This document shows positions 1 through 11,926 of a stretch of 64,000 nt of DNA, piece after piece. Position 1 is the first letter of the stretch. Each line of letters opens with the position of its first letter. The position numbers and the translations under genes are program-made. The notes under the pieces are model-generated. The model saw nothing but the letters and a program-made list of their open reading frames with translations. It did no database searches and had not been told where the DNA came from. The DNA comes from Octopus vulgaris (taxonomy: Eukaryota): NCBI GenBank assembly GCA_951406725.2, contig OX597815.1:176328001-176392000 (forward strand), read 5' to 3'.

Positions 1-289
1 TGGTGTGGCTCCTGACCCTGTCAGCACTTGTCAAACTGTCCAACCCATACCAGCATGGGAAACGGATGTTAAATAATGACGATGATATATATACACACAC
101 ACATATACATATATCTACATTCATATACATACATACGCATACATACATATATACATATATATCTACATATACATACATATACATACACATACATATATAC
201 ATATATATCTACATATACATACATACATATATATACATACATACAAATATATATTTATATATACATATACATACATACATAAATATAAA

Positions 290-598
290 GGAGCACTCCG
301 TCGGTTACGACAAGGGTCCCAGCTGATACGATCAACAGAATAGCTTGCTCGTGAAATTAACGTGCAAATGGCTGAGCATTCCACAGACACGTGTACCCTT
401 AACGTAGTTCGCAAGGAGATTCAGTGTGACAAGCCTGGCCCTTTTTTGAAATACAGGTACTACTCATTTTTGCCAGCTGAGTGGATTAGAGCAATGTGAA
501 ATAAAGTGTCTTGCTCAAGGACACAACGTGTCGCCAGGAATCGAACTCTCAACCTTACGATTATGAGCCGAATGCCTGTAACCACTAAGCCACGCGCA
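290..598 (-). mobile_element. tRNA-derived SINE (family D)
   Basis: Minus strand begins with box A TGGCTTAGTGG and box B GTTCGATTCC, then GTGTCCTTGAGCAAGACACTTTATTTCAC. Related copies at 15690-15922(-) and 48305-48645(+); a tail fragment at 13945-14070(+). Confidence 0.8.
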
Positions 599-659
599 CT
601 CACTACATAAATATATACATATATATATACTTACATACATACATAGAGAGAGAGAGAGG

Positions 660-701
<42 letters not shown>

Positions 702-870
702 AAGAGAGAGAGAGGGAGAGAGAGAGAGACAAATATAAGCAAACATAAGCACATATGCAAACACACAAACACACACTTCACTTATGCACATAAACTGAAT
801 GTATTGATTAAAACACAGATGTTGAAGTGAAAATGCCAATTCCAAAAGCAGACGATTCGCACTCACTGAC

Positions 871-1053
871 CTTTTCTGCTGAGAGTAGAGTAGCAGACGT
901 AAGAAGCGGTAGTTGTGGTGCACTTGAGTCGAGACCAAGTCTAGCAGACATTAAATCCTGCAGCACCTCAAACCTGACAGAGTTATGAGACTGAAGAGAA
1001 GCAAAAGTTTCTTTACTTGAAAGAAAATCCGTCGGATCTTTATCAAGTGCAGC
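871..1053 (-). CDS. HLCS: HLCS next coding exon, 61 codons; the gene continues beyond the left window edge
   Basis: Acceptor tttttgtag|GCT at 1054/1053 and donor AAG|GTCAGT at 871/870, phase 0-0. Translation AALDKDPTDFLSSKETFASLQSHNSVRFEVLQDLMSARLGLDSSAPQLPLLTSATLLSAEK aligns to human VHLELPP...[45 protein letters not shown]. This exon is not in the ORF track. Confidence 0.88.
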
Positions 1054-1215
1054 CTACAAAAACAAAAAAAAAAGCAGAAAAATATAACAACAACAACAAT
1101 AATAATAATCATCAACATCATCGTCAGCAGCATATGAATGGTTTCAAATTTGGCACAAGGCCAGCAATTTTGGGGGCAAGTTAATAGTATTATTAAGTGT
1201 TCAACTGTACTTACC

Positions 1216-1790
1216 TATTTCTTTACTACCCACAAGGGGTTAAACACAGAGAGGACAAACAAGGACAGACAAAAAGGATTAAGTCAATTACATCGACCCC
1301 AATGCATAACCGGTCCTTAATTTATCGACCCCCACAAAAGACAAAAGGCAAAGTCGACCTTGGCAGAATTTGAACTCAGAATGTAACGGCAGACGAAATA
1401 CCGCTAGGCATTTCGCTTGGTGTGCTAATGATTCTGCCAGCTTACCGTCTGTACTTACCTTATTGACCCTGATAGGATGACAGGCAAAGTTAACTTTGGC
1501 AGAATTTGAACTTGGAACACAGGAACAAATGAAATGCTGCAAAGCGCTTTGCCCAATGTGTTAATGATTCAACCAGCTCACCACCTTGTTACTGTGATAG
1601 ATGAAATGGCTAATGGCATTTTTTCTGACTCTACGTTCTGAGTTCAAATTCTGACAGGGAGGACTTTGCTTTTCATCCTTTCAGGGTTGATAAAATAAGT
1701 ACCAGATGACAGCTGGGGTCAATGTTATTGAATTATCACCACCCCAACAACAAAATTGCTGGCCTTATTCCAAAATTTGAAGCCAATAAA
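1216..1790. mobile_element. Cluster of family A SINE copies (two minus, one plus)
   Basis: Shared core GTTCTGAGTTCAAATTC...GCCTTTCATCCTTTCGGGGTCGATAAA.TAAGTACCAG, which resembles the Meta-domain of MetaSINEs. The copies lie in opposite orientations. Confidence 0.8.
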
Positions 1791-2624
1791 GTAATATGTT
1801 TTTCCCTCATAACAGTAGTCTCTTTATCTCACTCAATCTTTGTTAATGGCTACTAAAGATTATAATAAATTCTCTGGAACATACAAGCTTGCTTCAGTCT
1901 AATAAACTTATGTGAAAGAAAATACCCAGATTCAATAGTTCTCAGATAAGTCAGCTGTGGTAAACGGATCCGATGCTTTTGCAAAGATATCAAATTTAAC
2001 GGTTATTTTAGAGTTGAAGCTCACAACCAACTCAGCAGCTGTGATTTCACATTATTTTGTGAATTAAAAATGTGATAAGCAAGGAGCTTATTACGTAAGA
2101 AAAACTGAGAGAATTAAAAGCTTTCCTTAAAAAAATAAAATAAAGCAAGAATTGGTATGGCCGTGCAGCTGAGAAGATCACTTCACAACCAGGTTTCTTG
2201 GATCAATCCCAACACACAATACTATGAACAAGTGCCTTTAGCATATTCTCAGCTTGATCAATTCCTTGTGGGTGGAATTTTGGACACGGAAAAGCTTGTT
2301 GCACACACATGATGATGATGATGATGGCTGTCCACTCATTACCGAGGAAGACCAACTCTGACCAGCATCCCATTCAAAATGCCCATTCATGGGATTATTG
2401 CACCAGCATTTGGCTTCACCTGAGTTCACATCTGCAGCTTCCTAGCTCAATGCACAGTGCCCACCTAATCGACCAGGCTTCGGATAGTTACCTCACTGGC
2501 AATTGTAACACCTTAGGTTTTAGGTCCACATCACTTTGCAGACCCTTTCCACCCCACTGGCATGATCTAGAAACAAGCCGGGGCAAGATAGCCAGTGCCA
2601 ATATGGGTCGCAGGCTCAGGAATA

Positions 2625-2783
2625 CACTCTCGGAGTGGTTGGCGTTAGGAAGGGCATCCAGCTGTAGAAACACTGCCAGATCTGACTGGCCTGGTGCAGC
2701 CTTCGGGCTCCCCAGATCCCAGTTGAACCGTCCAACCCATGCTAGCATGGAAAGCGGACGTTAAATGATGATGATGATGATGA

Positions 2784-2786
<3 letters not shown>
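2625..2786 (+). mobile_element. RTE-LINE 3' tail copy (family C)
   Basis: GGCGTTAGGAAGGGCATCCAGCTGTAGAAA...CCAACCCATGCTAGCATGGAAAGCGGACGTTAAA(TGA)n, the same 3' end as the RTE at 11927-13560. Other copies at 1-85, 4990-5135, 5597-5800, 7035-7083, 7230-7283, 8800-8980, 10080-10515, 11450-11642 and 14095-14525. Confidence 0.8.
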
Positions 2787-2826
<40 letters not shown>

Positions 2827-2831
2827 TATAT

Positions 2832-3023
2832 AGGGAGAGTTTACGAAAAAAAAAAGACGAAGACAGGTGGTGTGCAAAACAAACAGATGTATTAGTATAA
2901 TGCTCAGGAATAGAAAAAGTCTTTTACGTTTCAAGCCTACGCTCTTCTGCAGAAAGGGACACAGAAAAAAACAAGGAGAGAAACAAGATGAGAAAAAAAT
3001 GTGTGTAGTGGCTAACGATCTAT

Positions 3024-3026
<3 letters not shown>
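2832..3026 (-). mobile_element. Penelope-like pseudo-LTR fragment with decayed hammerhead-like core
   Basis: Minus strand CAGAAGAGCGTAGGCTTGAAACGTAAAAGAC. Same family at 39565-39815(-) and 43000-43272(+), the latter reading CCGATGAGCGTAGGCTTGAAACGTA. Confidence 0.55.
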
Positions 3027-3069
<43 letters not shown>

Positions 3070-3084
3070 GAGTGCATGTGTGTG

Positions 3085-3118
<34 letters not shown>

Positions 3119-3433
3119 GATAGATAGATAGATATCTATAGCATAAAGTCATTAGATGTAATAAGTGAAGATTTACTTTTTCCATATGACTTCCATATGA
3201 TTTCAGCCATTTTCTAACCTTCTTTGTGTAGTATTCATTTCAGTATGCAGAAATTGTGCAAAAATTATACATACATGCTGGCATCAATATGTATGGTCAG
3301 TGTTATACGATAAAATTGTATTTTCCAAAAAATTAATGCAAATAAAGAAAACTTTCTTTTTTGTTGCCAACAGAGAAGTAATTAAGTATAACAATAGCAA
3401 AAGATTCTCAAGGAAATAAATATGGTTTCTTAC

Positions 3434-4003
3434 CTGAGATAATATTAAGATGCCATTTTCAGAATTGCTCATAGATATTACCAAAGGTAGTTTGGGTTCA
3501 TTTTCTTGCTTTCCTAGGACATTGAAAGGTACAAGAGATAACTTTGAAGATGTCAGAGAAACATCAGATATTACTGGAACCATCATAACTTTGCCTTGGT
3601 ATTCCATTTTTGTAAAGTTCCAAGTAAAACTGGAATTATGAGCTGAAGGTTTTCTTTCAACAAAGTCAAAATGTAAAATGGAGGCTCCAAAACAGAGAAC
3701 TTTTCCTCCTGTAGCAAGATATTTTTGAATCAGCTCCGACAAGACATTATTTGGTTCTTGTTCATTGCAGTCAGAAGAGACAATGAGTAATTCTGTATTG
3801 TGTTCCCAAGGGTCACTAAACAATTGGTTTGGTTTCAGATGGTATATTACATACTGGTCAGTATTCAGACAAAGACACAAGATAGATTTAAGCTTCTTGA
3901 AATTCTTATCAGCCTCGTCTAAGCTTGTCTCTTTACTGCTGCAATAAATATTAATGACTGGCGGCTTTGATGGTTTATCCAAAGGAAGAGAAAAGTCAGA
4001 CAT
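3434..4003 (-). CDS. HLCS: Holocarboxylase synthetase (biotin-protein ligase), probable first coding exon, 190 codons
   Basis: Translation KPPVINIY...LCLCLNTDQYVIYHLKPNQLFSDPWEHNTELLIV...KYLATGGKVLCFG...GILILSQ matches my recollection of human HLCS (KAPNILLY...CVDIDSYILYHL...DPWTDNCLLLVI...YLSQGGKVLG...GEAVLCQ). The ATG at 4003 is in AAAATG context with in-frame stops upstream. Phase-0 donor CAG|GTAAGA at 3434/3433. Candidate acceptor ttttcag at 4122. Confidence 0.9.
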
Positions 4004-4422
4004 TTTGGTTCTATAAGTTGATTATTTATAAATCCAGAAATCCTGGATTTCTTTTGTTTTGTATATCAAGCCACAGAACTAGATATAAATGGTTTATTGC
4101 TTATTTGTGATATGATTAGATCTGAAAAGACAACAACAACAGAAAATGAAAATGTTGATAAGATAGATTAGTATTAATCTAATCATTGAAATTTTTCTGA
4201 TTCTTGTTATTTAAGGAATTTTGTCAAAAAGTAAAAAGGCAAATGAAAGAAGACAGAAGCGGAGTCGATATAAGCTTCAAGAAGAGTTGACTCAACAGGC
4301 CAGATTATAGAAAATGTTAAAAGGGAAACTTAGGGAGAAGAGTCAGAAAACAAATATTGAAAATGACAATAAAAACATGCAATCAAAAACAAAAATATCA
4401 AAAAGAAAATATGCATTCGTTA

Positions 4423-4478
4423 GGCCCTGATGAGATTGGATTTAATATTTCAATGAAATTTTTTCAGGAAATTTGGCC
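4423..4478 (+). ncRNA. Candidate type-I hammerhead ribozyme (slightly decayed)
   Basis: GGCC-CTGATGA-G-ATTGGA(tttaatat)TTCAAT-GAAA-TTTTTTCAGGAAAT-TT-GGCC. Stem I, core and stem II are present; stem III is imperfect. Confidence 0.5.
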
Positions 4479-6096
4479 ACTGAATTAGTGTAGAAGATAA
4501 AGTATATATTTCCCATTTCTTCAGTTCAAAATAATGTCACAGACCAAAAGAAAAGAGTAATAAATTCCTGTAAAATATAACCTTTCAAGTTTAAGGAAAT
4601 TATAATTTGTTTTTATAAATAAAATTAAAAATATAGAAACATTTCCATGAACCAGCACAAATAAGAATGGGAAAAACTGGTGATAAGAATGTTTGAAGTA
4701 GATTATAAATTTTAATTCATATCTTTAAGGTAAAATATCTTTCTCCTCATTATATCTTTGCTTTGATTACACTCATCTAAATTTTGGGACTCACATTCCT
4801 ATCTTACTCTCCAATTCACTCTCCTTTCTTTCCCAACTGGGGTATTCCCGTATCTACTCTACAGTAAGACATTTATCTCTGTCCTCCCCTCACCTGGCAC
4901 AAAGCCACACCCCTGTAATACTCCCCTCCCCCCTACTTCTCAGTTGAGGGTTTTTTTTTGTTTTGCAAAGTACTCGATGATTCTTCTGGTGCCATGTAAA
5001 AAGCGCTGGTGTTGGTATCACATAATAAGCACCCAGTACGCTCTGTAAGATAATTGGCACTATGAAGGGTAACATCCGACCATGCCAGCTCCTGTCAAAG
5101 CATCCAACATGGCTGTTGAATGATGATGATGATGAATGTGTCTGTCTGTCTGTCCAAAAATTTTGATATCCGCTTTCTGAATTCATTTGCTTTTCTCTCT
5201 CTTATATCAACATTTTAAAATAATTCTTTTGTGATTACCATAACAACAAAAATATACTTACAACAAAAATAATATAAGAATTAATGAGGTTGTTATGGAC
5301 ATTTGTATATTGAATCTGATGCATGTTTCACTTGGAGTTCATCTCATTCTAAATTCCAATCAATCATCAAAGATATGTTCCCCTGACCTTCATATCTCAT
5401 TTCCATCAAACAATTCTATTTAGATTCCACTTCTCTTAACATCAAGTCTAATGTTTATAATCTTCTTCTCTGGAAGATACTCACAAAGGCAATTTCAAAA
5501 CTTAATGAAAGCATCTAATGGTATTTTCAAACTTTTTCTTTAAACTGTTTCAGCTTTAAAGCTGTGGTCATGTTGTTTGTAATATATAGCTAATTTAATC
5601 ATCATCATCATTTAATGTCCATTTTCCATGCTGGCATGGGTTGGGTGGTTTGACAGGAACTGGCAAGCCAGAAGACCTCACCAGACTCCAATTGTCTATT
5701 TTGAAATGGTTTCTATGGCTGGATGCCCTTTCTAATGCCAACCACTTTACAGAGTGTACTGGTGTTTTTTGGCACCACACAAAAAGCACTCGTGCTGGCA
5801 CCATGAAAGGATATCCCAGAAAATACTTTGCATAACAGAATTAAACATCTAATTCCTTTTCAGATATAGTTTTTAAGATTGTTGTCTTTATTCACTTCTA
5901 TGCTTCTGTAATCTTTAAGAACTGCAATGGTGTCTTAAAAACTGCAGCAAAAGCTCATCGCCAACTGAGCAGTTTTCTGGGTAAAATAATGTTACAATCC
6001 TGCTGCTTTGTAAACATAGAAAACATGGAAATTTCATAAAACCAAATTAGAGTTCAATTCTGACTTTTTAAATTAGTTCATATGAACCAATTAAAT

Positions 6097-6325
6097 GGCA
6101 GCAAGCTGGCAGAAACGTTAGCGTGCCAAGCGAAATGCTTAGCAGTATTTCGTCTGTCGTTACGTTCTGAGTTCAAATTCTTCCGAGGTCGATTTTGCCT
6201 TTCATCCTTTTGGGGTCGATAAATAAAGTACCAGTTTGCACTGGGGTCGATGTAATTGACTTAATCCCTTTGTCTGTCCTTGTTTGTCCTCTCTGTGTTT
6301 AGCCCTTTGTGGGCAATAAAGAAAT
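6097..6325 (+). mobile_element. Family A SINE, full length
   Basis: GGCAGCAAGCTGGCAGAAACGTTAGC...GTTCAAATTC...GGGCAATAAAGAAATA, near-identical to 7293-7527. Confidence 0.85.
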
Positions 6326-6335
6326 ATAAATTTAC

Positions 6336-6715
6336 CATTTTTTTGCACAAGTTGCAAACTTAGAAGTGTGTGGGATATCCATATAAAATACCATGGTTAT
6401 ATATGATGCCAGTTGCTTTTAGGCTTCTCTTTAAAGCATCAACAAACAACATCTATTTAAATTCTTCCATTCCAAATAGTTTAAATAGGTTTTGGCTATT
6501 TTCGGATATTGTGCCAAAGCTGTCCACTTCAAATTTATTCGTTTGTTTGATCTTGATACCATGAAACATAAATTGGAAATGATATAAAAATATATCTTTT
6601 AAATAGGTTTTATGTTGGTCTTGAAATAATATAGATTTAATCAATAATTCAGCACCAGACAAGTACAGAGTTGATTAAATCCACAACATCCCACACAATT
6701 TATAGACTTGTTCCA
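6336..6715 (-). pseudogene. Probable vestigial (stop-containing) HLCS N-terminal exon
   Basis: One frame reads ...SENSQNLFKLFGMEEFK*MLFVDALKRSLKATGI...GYPTHF*VCNLCKKM and ends at donor ATG|GTAAA (6336/6335). It resembles the HLCS N-terminal motifs MEDRLHMDNG..KIVSV and HLHLSSCHECL. A polypyrimidine tract ends in CAT instead of CAG at 6718-6716. Confidence 0.5.
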
Positions 6716-7292
6716 ATGAAATAAAGAAATCGTTATTGAAATAAAAGCAGTGAGCCGAACAAAGTGGTCATAGGCATTTCATCTGTCTTTACATTCTGCT
6801 GAGGCTAACTGCCTTTCATTCCTTTCAGGGTCAATAAAATAAGTACCAGTTAAGTACTGGGGGCAGGGGTCAATATAATTGACTTATCCTCTCCACTCTA
6901 AAAATGCTGGCTCTGAGCCAACATTAGAAACCATTATTACTATAGAAATAAACTTTAGACATTTTCTCCTACAAAGCTGATACAGAATATCAAAATGAAC
7001 ATTTTCCAATTTCCACTGATTGAAAGAGAGGAAAATCATCATAATCATTGTTTAATGTCCGCTTTCCATGCTGGCATGGGTTGAAAATGTAATCTGCTAA
7101 TGGGGGCATAAATTAATTTAAGAGCTATTCTCAAATAAAGTATCAGAATGAAAAAGATAGTATATAATTGTATTTACAATTGCTTAGAACATTTAATTAA
7201 TACAATTAAAACCAAATGTTGAGAGGCTAATCATCATCATTATCGTTTGATATCTGCTTTCCATGCTGGCACGGGTTGGATGGTATAAATTA

Positions 7293-7527
7293 AGGCGGCG
7301 AGCTGGCAGAAACGTTAGCACGCCAGGCGAAATGCATAGCCATATTTCGTCTGCCGTTACGTTCTAAGTTCAAATTCCGCCGAGGTTGACTTTGCCTTTC
7401 ATCCTTTCGGGGTCGATTAAATAAGTACCAGTTATGCACTGGGGTCGATATAATCGACTTAATCCATTTGTCTGTCCTTGTTTGTCCTCTCTGTGTTTAG
7501 CCCCTTGTGGGTAGTAAAGAAATAGGT
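7293..7527 (+). mobile_element. Family A SINE, full length
   Basis: GGCGGCGAGCTGGCAGAAACGTTAGCACG... consensus-like copy flanked by a GGTATAAATT duplication. More copies at 8580-8762, 10160-10390, 17201-17582, 23410-23850, 37515-37690, 40692-40892, 41368-41762, 43975-44185, 44795-44942 and 62775-62995. Confidence 0.88.
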
Positions 7528-7759
7528 ATAAATTCTGTGACATAGTAGTGTACTATTATTTTGTGAGTTGAAATTCTGCTAGGATTGATCTTGACTAGCT
7601 TCCTTGGGATGGGGATAAAATAAGGGGCAGCAGGGAGTGCTTAGCTGGAATCGGTTAACTACACATCTTCTCAACAAATGTCTTTGTACAAAGATATTCA
7701 TTTCAACATCCACAAATATATTGTCATCATTGTATTAACCTGAATTCCATAGTGACATG

Positions 7760-8300
7760 GGTGGATGAAACTGTCACAGAATGTCTCACCAAATGTTCCT
7801 GTCATTCCTTCTGTGAAGTCCAGCATCCAGAGATTTCTCCTCACAGCTTCTTCATGGATGCTTGGAACATTTTTTATGCAAATTTTGCAGTGCATCTCCA
7901 CTTTAGTGAAATTATTTCTTACAAAGGTTTCATAGAATCTGCTTTTCAGCCAAATGAAAGAATTCCATTGATGCCAATGAATGATCTCCTGGACAATTTT
8001 CCATTCTTTTCTTATTCTAGCTTTTGGTTCCAGCATCTCCAGCCCTAATTAAATTGCTTACATTAGAGAAGCTATCAACTTTGTACAGTGAAGTTTCTCT
8101 ACTTCAAATCATGGATGCTTATCCTTTTGTGAACTGATCACATCCAAAACCCGGCTTCTCCCTATCAGCCAGAGACCCAACTGCATTTCAGTGAACCCAT
8201 TCTTCCCACTAATCTCATGGATTATCTATTACTTTCCTATATATTAAGCCAAACCACTTTGCTCATTTCCCAAACACTCTACTTTTTCCAATACTCTCAG
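7760..8300 (-). mobile_element. Heavily decayed LINE ORF2 C-terminal remnant
   Basis: Broken minus-strand frames with LINE-like C-terminal phrases (...LHRRNDRNIW). No intact motif. Confidence 0.25.
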
Positions 8301-8760
8301 TGATCATTCCACTGCCCCAGGGACACTTGTTACTGACCCCTGTCATTCACTTGTATCCCTTATCAACCCCTATTCCTGTCAATCCTTTTAACACAAAAGT
8401 ACGATGCATTTACACAAGTCATTTACTAGTTTCCATCAACTCTGGTAAACTTTCAATAAGTTCTTCTCCTTCACTGCTTCTCCCTCACCACACACTCCTA
8501 ACATGTGTAGTTCTTTCACAGACACTCATGGAAGATATGCATTGAATATCCTCCCTGCTGAAGATGCTGCTTAAGCATTGGAATGCTTTCTGTCATTACG
8601 TTCTGAGTTCAAATTCCACCGAGGTTGGCTTTGCCTTTCATCCTTTCGGGGTCGATAAATTAAGTACCAGTTACGCACTGGGGTTGATGTAATCGACTTA
8701 ATACCTTTGTCTGTCCTTGTTTGTCCCCTCTATGTTTAGCCCTTTGTGGGTAATAAAGAA

Positions 8761-8791
<31 letters not shown>

Positions 8792-8989
8792 TATATATTT
8801 AATCATTAAAGTCTGTTTTCCATGCTGGCATGGGTTGGATGGTTTGACAGGAGCTAGCAAGCCAGAAGACTGCACCAGACTTCAATGTCTGTTTTCGTAT
8901 GATTTCTACAGCTGGATGCCTCTCCTAATGCCAACCACCTTACAGAGTGGACAGAGTGCTTTTTATGTGGCACCAGTTCTGGCAGGGTC

Positions 8990-9551
8990 ACACTTACGGA
9001 GTCTGGAAGATATGGAACACATCAGACAAGCTTTGATGCGGGGTCTGAATTGCTTTGCTTGGAGGCGTTCCACTGAACTTGGCATCGGTAATCGATCAGT
9101 AAGGTGTATTTTGCATGAAGACCTGCATTTCCATTCATACAAATTGGTCAATGGGCAACAGTTGAAACCATGGGACTATGCACAGTGGCTTAACTTTGCA
9201 CGTCAGATGGAAGCAATTTTCGAGGCAAATGACAACCTCGTTTTGTTAATGAGTGATGAAGTGCACTTTTATTTCAATGGCATGGGGAATCAAGAGCAGG
9301 AAGCTATTCATGTAGAAGTTGCCCAACTCGACAGAGCAATGCTAGAGAGGGTGGAGGCCAACTTCCAAGATGGCCTTCAGAAGTGCATCAATGAGAATGG
9401 ACACCACATGATGGATGTTGTATTCCACACTTAATTTTGACAAATACTAATTAAATATGAAAACATTGATGTCAATAAAATTCGTTTGCTGCTAAAATTA
9501 ATGATTTTGTGAATTTTTCAAAACCGTCCATCCTCTTTGCCTCACCCTGTA
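8990..9551 (+). mobile_element. Tc1/mariner-superfamily transposase remnant (internally deleted)
   Basis: RRSTELGIGNRSVRCILHEDLHFHSYK...LLMSDEVHFYFNG (HTH plus first catalytic D) joined to the C-terminus LQKCINENGHH. Ends in TIR-like ...TTTGCCTCACCCTG-TA. Confidence 0.8.
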
Positions 9552-9574
9552 ATATACACAACCATTCACATATT

Positions 9575-9945
9575 CTTTTATTCTTTGACTTGTTTCAGTC
9601 ATCTGACTGCGGCCATGCTGGAGCACCATCTTTAGTTGAACAAAACAACCCCAGAACTTATTCTTTGTAAGTCTAGTACTTATTCTATCAGTCTCTTTTG
9701 CCGAACCACTAAGTTTAGGGGATGTAAATACACCAATATTGGTTGTCAAGCAATGCATACATACACACACACATATATATATATATACACACGATGGGCT
9801 TTTTTCAGTTTCTGTCTACCAAATTCACTCACAAGGATTTGGTTGGCCCAGAGCTATAGTAGAAGACACTGGCTCAAGGTGCCACGCAGTGGGACTGAAC
9901 CAGGAACCATGTGGTTGGGAAACAAGCTTCTTACCACACAGTCAC
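9575..9945 (-). mobile_element. tRNA/CORE-type SINE with internal microsatellite (family B)
   Basis: Reverse complement of the full copy at 45031-45425. Other copies at 11075-11345, 14790-14945, 15560-16112, 19400-19750, 28205-28415, 51254-51602, 55490-55950, 57470-57615 and 63130-63590. Confidence 0.85.
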
Positions 9946-10864
9946 TTCTTGTATATGTGTATATATATACTTACATATAAGATACCAAAGTGTATATACG
10001 CTGCTATATATATATATATACAAATATAAAATGGGACAAGAACAGCATCCAGACAGGTGATACAAAAAAGGGAAAACTGGTGCTGGTACCATGTAGAAAG
10101 CATCCACTACACTCTCTAAAGTAGTTAGCATTAGGAAGGGCATCCAGTCATAGAAACTGTGCGAGCTGGCAGAACTGTTAGTACGCCGGGCGAAATGCGT
10201 AGCCTTATTTCGTCTGCCGTTATGTTCTGAGTTCAAATTCCGCCCAAGGAAGCTAGTCAAGATCATCCTTTCGGGGTCGATAAATATAAGTACCAGTTAC
10301 GCGCTGGGTCGATATGATCGACTTAATTCCTTTGTCAGTCCTTGTTTGTTCCCTCTATATTTAGCCCCTTGTGGGCAATAAAGAAATAAGAAACTGTGCA
10401 CCCCCCCCCAAACCCCAAATCCAATGGAGTCCTGTGTGACCCCTGGTCTTACTAGTTCCTGTTAACCTATCTAACCCATGGCAGCATGGAAAGCAGGACG
10501 TTAAATAATGATGATGTCTATACATGTGTCTTAGCGTCTTGTATGACACAAATCCGTTTGACAACACATGCAGCGGTCAGTTTCTACCCCACCTGAAATC
10601 CCTTGAATCAAAACACCCCTTTTTATATTTGTTTTAAATGAAATTATAATCTGTGAAATGTAAGGGAGGCAACTCTGATCCTTTCCTCTGATCATTTGTT
10701 TACATTTGTTAATGGTCGCTATTAAAATCATTTCCGATATTTTGTTTCTGAAGTGAATTTTATAAAGACAAGAACTGCACAAGGACCACTGAGATACTAT
10801 TTCTGTTGTGATGCTTGTACGTCCCCTGTCGGTTGTCTGTTACTAATTGCATTTTATTAATTAA

Positions 10865-10928
10865 ATAATAATAATGAAATTATTGTATACAGTGCTCAGG
10901 TGCACCACAACTTGTCAGAAAGTGCGTA
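10865..10928 (-). mobile_element. CR1-type LINE extreme 3' end
   Basis: Reverse complement of the 3' UTR and (ATT)n tail at 18995-19060. Confidence 0.65.
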
Positions 10929-11926
10929 ACATCTCTTTTTACCGACTTTGTTTGAATGATCTGTTTTCTAGTTTTACTTAATTAATTAATAATTACACAT
11001 GCACAACATTATATTCTGCACAAATGACCAGATTAAAAAAGTGTGTGTGTGGGGGGGGGGGAGATTTTCTACATCAACCAAAACTTTGTAAATAGATTTG
11101 GTAGATAGAAAGTAAAACAAGCCTGTTGTGTGTGTGTGTGTGTGTGTGCTCGTCTTTGTCCCCATCCAGTGCTTGACCACTGGTGTTGGTTTGTTAGCAT
11201 TCCTGTAACTTAGCAGTTCAGCAAAAGACACCAATAGAATAAGTACCAGGCTTAAAGAAAGAATTAGTACTGAGGTCCGTTTGGCCAAGGGACTGCCCCA
11301 AGATGACCACAGTCCAGGGCCTGAAACATGTAAAAGATGAAAAATAGATAGTGTCATGATAATCTGATTACAAGGACATAGACCCTAAATATTTGACTAC
11401 AACAATTTTACGATTATATATATATATATGTATGTATATATATATATTTACATGCCGGTGGCACGTAAAAAGCACCCACTACACTCTCGGAGTGTTGGTG
11501 TTAGAAAGGGCATCCAGCTGTAGAAACTCTGCCAGATTAGATTGGAGCCTGGTGCAGCCACCTGGCTCCAGCCCTCAGTCAAACTGTCCAACCCATGCCA
11601 GCATGGAAAGTGGATGTTAAACAATGATGATGGTGATGATGATATATATATATTATATTATATATTAGATATATATATATATATTATATTATATATATAT
11701 TATATTATATTTATATTATATATACATATATATAGATATAAAAAATAAGATTTAAGGTGAAAAAGCACAGAAATCTTGTTTGTGTAGATAAAGATTATTT
11801 AATCCATTACAATATGTACAGAGTTGACTGGTTTCACTTGACTAATCATAACTCAATGTTATGAAATTGTAAGTATTTGATTCAATCTTGCATAGAAGCA
11901 GGTGTGATACAGTTTTGCAGTAATCA

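Noticed and set aside
3284-3433. C-terminal 49 aa of the 239-aa ORF
   Set aside because: Read-through into the intron past the CAG|GTAAGA donor; homology resumes in exon 1053-871.
6453-6455. UAG-to-Trp recoding by A-to-I editing restoring a long HLCS
   Set aside because: A second stop (TAA), a defective acceptor, and an out-of-frame, stop-rich next exon would all need repair.
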